A stretch of DNA of 64,000 nt from the NCBI GenBank assembly GCA_963712115.1, contig CAVQGX010000055.1:1-64000 (forward strand), read 5' to 3'. The DNA is from an uncultured delta proteobacterium. Its GTDB lineage: Bacteria > Desulfobacterota > Syntrophobacteria > BM002. Below, in pieces: positions 60,330 through 64,000 of this stretch. The position numbers were made by a program, and so were the translations under genes. Below the pieces are notes generated by a model. That model was not told where the DNA came from. It saw only the letters and a list, made by a program, of their open reading frames with translations, and ran no database searches. Positions within the stretch are counted from its first letter, which is position 1. Each line of letters starts with the position of its first letter.

Positions 60330-60857
60330 TGTTGTATTTCGTCGTGTGCTCCGACTAAAGTAAGACTTTTTCGGGGGGGAATCAACCGCCGGAAGATGTC
60401 AGTGGTCCTTTGTCAGTAGTCAAGCACCAAATCAAAGGGTTTCAGGTGTCAGACTTCAGGTTTCAGGTGTCGGGTATCAGGAAAAAGAAACATAGAAGCT
60501 GAAACCTCAAGACGGAACACTAAAACCTCAGTCGTTATGATTTGTTATTTGGAATTATATTCATTCTAACACTCCAATACTCCAGTGTTCCAAAACAGTT
60601 CTCCATCTTTATCGGTAATCCCGCCAGCGGCGGGCCTGAGCTGGCCCATCGAAGATCCCGCTATGCGGCAAAGGATCAGTTTTCCAGGACTATACTGAAT
60701 CTGAACAGACTTGTGTACTTCTGAATCAGTGGACAGATAGATTTTGGAAGCAGTGAAGCTAAAGGGAGTAAAAACAATTTTCGCCAAAATCTGGAGGGTT
60801 AGATTCGATAGTGCCAGTTGTCCCTATTTACAACGGGCAACTGGCAACTATCTTTTC

Positions 60858-61334
60858 TTACATTTCTGGCATGTAAATGCTTTCGTACAATTCTTCTAGG
60901 CTGGCGAGGTGTTTCGCCTCGTCATGTTGCAGTCGTCGAAACATGCTCTCCATTGGTGCGCCTACACAGGCGTTTGCCATTTTGCCGTAGAAATCCACCG
61001 AACGTTTCTCTTCGTGGATGGCATAAATCATAACATCCTGCGAAGAGGAATCATTGTCAAGAGGCTTGAGTTGAAGTAGCACGGTCAACTCCATGCTGGG
61101 GCCTTCTTCCACACCTGCCTCGTGCAAGGCGATTTCTTCTTCGAGAAAGGCTTTTTCCAGAGTGTATTTGTGCTCTAGTTCTTCAAGAGCCAGCTCTTTG
61201 ACCAAATCTCTGGCCCTTTTATCTTCCACCATCTCATAAGCTTTCCGGTAAACGTCGAAGCTTTCTTTCTCCATCTCGATTGCCTTTTCAATTGCTCCTT
61301 CTCTGGTATAACATACCTCTTCGAAATCGCTCAT
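60858..61334 (-). CDS. Ferritin-like/rubrerythrin family di-iron protein
   Basis: AIEME..S...Y, EELEH, AIHEE..S..FY, DEAKH. Confidence 0.85.
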   Translation of the reverse strand: MSDFEEVCYTREGAIEKAIEMEKESFDVYRKAYEMVEDKRARDLVKELALEELEHKYTLEKAFLEEEIALHEAGVEEGPSMELTVLLQLKPLDNDSSSQDVMIYAIHEEKRSVDFYGKMANACVGAPMESMFRRLQHDEAKHLASLEELYESIYMPEM

Positions 61335-61482
61335 AGTTTTCCTCCATAGCATTCAATTTATATAGTGGATCTTTTCGGCTTGAAAGAAGTTTTAGGTATA
61401 TTACGTGATCATGGCAAAGGATTCAAGTACGATTTTTCACTATTTCACCCTGCTGACAACAGCGGCTGTATAGTTATTCAAG

Positions 61483-62385
61483 CTAAGGCCGAGCTAATTC
61501 TTTTGCTGACCATTTCAATTGCTCCAGAAGGTTCTGAATGACCTGGGTAAATGCAGTTTTCGCCAGCGACTCATCGGGCCCAGCGACAAATGGCTCTCCT
61601 GAGTCACAACTAATCACCACACGCGGATCTATGGGTATGCGGCCAAGAAATGGAACCCCCAGTTCCTTGGCTGCCTTTTCACCTCCACCAATCTTGAAGA
61701 GATCGATGCTTTCACCGCAGTGGGGGCAGGCCAGACCACTCATGTTCTCCACGATTCCAAGGACCGGAATGTTTATCTGTTTGCTGAAACTTACCGCTTT
61801 GCGTGAGTCCAAAAGGGCCACATCCTGAGGGGTGGTCACAATTACGGCCCCATCAACTTCCTTTATTAACTTGGACACACTTAAAGGTTCATCTCCAGTT
61901 CCCGGGGGTAGGTCGATGAAGAGAAAGTCCAGATCACCCCAATTCACATCTCTAAGGAACTGTCTGATGGCACTGTGCTTGAGGGGCCCCCTCCAGACAA
62001 TGGCTTTGTCGGGCTCCTGCGCTAATAGCGCCATTGATACTGCCTTAAAACCCGCAAATACCTCAACCGGCTCAACCCCATCTCCTTTGCTGATCAGATG
62101 TTGCCCCTCTATGCCCAACATTCTGGGGACATCCGGACCGTGTAGATCAGCGTCGAGGATTCCCACTTGATAGCCACGCAGAGCAAGAGAGGCAGCTATG
62201 TTAGTGGCTACGGTACTTTTTCCCACTCCACCTTTGCCACTCATTACCATTACCTTGCATCGAATGTGGTGGAGCTTCTCCTTCAATCTCTTTTGATCGT
62301 GCTCCTTCTTCTCAACCGTAGAACACTTGGGTGAAATTTCGCAGCTTTCACAAGGTTTCCTATCTTCACACTTGTTCTCTACCAT
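61483..62385 (-). CDS. mrp: Mrp/NBP35 (ApbC) Fe-S cluster carrier ATPase
   Basis: SGKGGVGKST, WRGP, DLPPGTGD, ENMS...CPHC. Confidence 0.93.
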   Translation of the reverse strand: MVENKCEDRKPCESCEISPKCSTVEKKEHDQKRLKEKLHHIRCKVMVMSGKGGVGKSTVATNIAASLALRGYQVGILDADLHGPDVPRMLGIEGQHLISKGDGVEPVEVFAGFKAVSMALLAQEPDKAIVWRGPLKHSAIRQFLRDVNWGDLDFLFIDLPPGTGDEPLSVSKLIKEVDGAVIVTTPQDVALLDSRKAVSFSKQINIPVLGIVENMSGLACPHCGESIDLFKIGGGEKAAKELGVPFLGRIPIDPRVVISCDSGEPFVAGPDESLAKTAFTQVIQNLLEQLKWSAKELARP

Positions 62386-62636
62386 GCCCGCTTCCTTATC
62401 TCAGTATTATTCTCTGTAATCACTTCTTGGGTAAAATATCGTTTCGCCAAGATCTTTTGTCAAGCACCGCGACTCACCACTGCCCACCAGGACCCCTCGA
62501 ACAATTTTTTATAGAATATCACGGGAGGATGTGGTTTTGGATATACTGTCACTAGAATAAGCATGATTTTTGCTTGTAGATTATGCTGTCACCAGATTAG
62601 CTTCCCATTAGGGGTGAAATAGGCCGGAGCAGAAAG

Positions 62637-63326
62637 ATGAATAGACTTATCCACGACCTTCTGGAAATAAATCGCAGGCTGTCCTTTGAACTATGGCACA
62701 TAACACCCATTAATGAGAGAGCCAGTGGGTTGTCGCCCAGGATGCTGCTGCCTACTCAGGTCAATGGGGACGTCCGCATCGGCGAGTATGAACCGATGAT
62801 TCTCTATTGCGGCTTGCTGAATGGTTTAAACTATTATTACTTGATCGAGAATCCCAGCGAGATGACTGCCACATCCGACTTGAATCTGTATGAAGTCAGA
62901 AACGACACTTTTAAAAAAGTTGCCGGAGTTGAATTCAAGGCCCACAATCCAGGCAAGGACATAATTTGGCAGGACATCCGCAAATTGGTCCGGGACAACA
63001 TAAGCGGAAATTGGTTCCACATCCTGGAGGATATCGACTCCGAGACCCTCAAATCTATTTTCTCAAAACTTACCGGTTCACTGAGAAGTTACTCTGACAG
63101 CCTGAGCGAGAACCCAATTTCAATCCTTTTCTGTTTTTGCGTTCTGGCAAGAAAGTGGACTTGCATCAAGCATTTTTACTATGACAAGTCCCGGGGAGAT
63201 TTTAGTATTTACGTGGACAATTTTTTCGATCTGGACTGTCAAGTGGAATCAGATCACATCGTTGTGAGCAAAGGTCTGGATTGGTATATTTTCCAACTCT
63301 ACACTGAAGGATTCCTGGGACATTAG
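62637..63326 (+). CDS. Hypothetical protein, possible PD-(D/E)xK fold
   Basis: GGAG RBS, 229-aa ORF, SDLNLY...VEFKAHN. Confidence 0.5.
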   Translation: MNRLIHDLLEINRRLSFELWHITPINERASGLSPRMLLPTQVNGDVRIGEYEPMILYCGLLNGLNYYYLIENPSEMTATSDLNLYEVRNDTFKKVAGVEFKAHNPGKDIIWQDIRKLVRDNISGNWFHILEDIDSETLKSIFSKLTGSLRSYSDSLSENPISILFCFCVLARKWTCIKHFYYDKSRGDFSIYVDNFFDLDCQVESDHIVVSKGLDWYIFQLYTEGFLGH

Positions 63327-63680
63327 CAAAGCGTCACATCACAAAAAGCTTTCAGGTGTCGGGTTTCAGGTGTCAGGAGAAGAAACACAGAGGCTGAAAC
63401 CTGAAATCCCAAATCCCAAGCGCCAAATTACAAATAAATTCCAAATTCCAATATTCAATGACCAAAACATGTTTGGAATTTTGAATTTCGGTCATTGTGA
63501 GTTGTTTGTTATTTGTGATTTGTAATTTGGAATTTCTATCAATCTGCGTCTGTGGATTTCCAGAACGAGGACGAAGTAATTCTGCAATCTACAATCCAAA
63601 ACTCTTTACATGCTGCCCGCTTTACGATATATAGTGAAAATCTGCACATCGGAATAAAGTATCGTTCAGGGAGTGATCAA

Positions 63681-63875
63681 ATGCAACCAGAAAGAAAAGC
63701 GGGAATCACTATAGTCTTCGGCGTTCCAGCCATCGTTGGCGCAGGTCTGGTCTGGCAGCTCTCAGGCAGTTGGCAGGTTGTCTTCGGATATCTTGGGCTG
63801 CTAGGTTTTATCCTCGGTGCCTTTCTTGCCAACCCAGAGCAAATGATCTCCAGGGAAAACAAAGCCGATCATTAA
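63681..63875 (+). CDS. Small two-TM membrane protein
   Basis: GGGAG RBS, two hydrophobic stretches. Confidence 0.6.
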   Translation: MQPERKAGITIVFGVPAIVGAGLVWQLSGSWQVVFGYLGLLGFILGAFLANPEQMISRENKADH

Positions 63876-63943
63876 AAAAGAGTTTGTCTGCTTATTCTCA
63901 ATTTCTACCAATAAAGGCAGACCCATCCTCTCAAGCTCTGTCC

Positions 63944-64000
63944 TCACAGAATACCCAACTCATCTCCTAATATTTTGTAAGGTTTGGGGAAATCGGGCTG
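63944..64000 (-). CDS. Possible 3' end of a gene entering from the right edge (...PYKILGDELGIL*)
   Basis: Open frame from the edge to TGA, followed by a hairpin. Confidence 0.3.
   Translation of the reverse strand, partial: QPDFPKPYKILGDELGIL

Noticed and set aside
2199-63406. Repeat arrays as CRISPR
   Set aside because: No constant 25-45 nt repeats with unique spacers, and no cas genes.

Overview
This window looks like a chromosomal segment of an anaerobic deltaproteobacterium (Desulfobacterota-like; inferred from gene content and protein style). It is gene-dense, and its intergenic spacers are filled with 7/8-nt tandem and inverted repeats. Main content: (1) housekeeping and sugar-kinase genes (ychF, moaE-like, USP, ROK kinase, phosphotransferase plus DOMON-like); (2) an envelope/signalling cluster (porin, lipoprotein, Omp85-like barrel, SYLF, STAS plus PAS-PP2C, a kinase-like lipoprotein next to an NTT/TLC nucleotide transporter); (3) a co-directional hgcA-hgcB-copZ-copA run, in which hgcA has an unannotated N-terminal Cys-Sec (PCUGP) extension with a SECIS-like hairpin; (4) a nitrogen-oxide block (NapC/NirT plus octaheme HAO-family cytochrome, narGHJI-narK, ferredoxin, hcp) with two perfect TTGAC-N4-GTCAA boxes nearby, divergent from a sigma54-type cooS; (5) a putative sigma54 operon encoding an ATPase-less HisKA-like protein with DRR repeats, an atypical receiver, and three paralogous small proteins at an exact 200-bp period; (6) a two-selenocysteine glutaredoxin-like gene at 53926-54141 that the ORF track misses. 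Several genes are broken by single-base insertions in short homopolymers, which suggests consensus errors. No rRNA, tRNA, CRISPR array or transposase was recognised.
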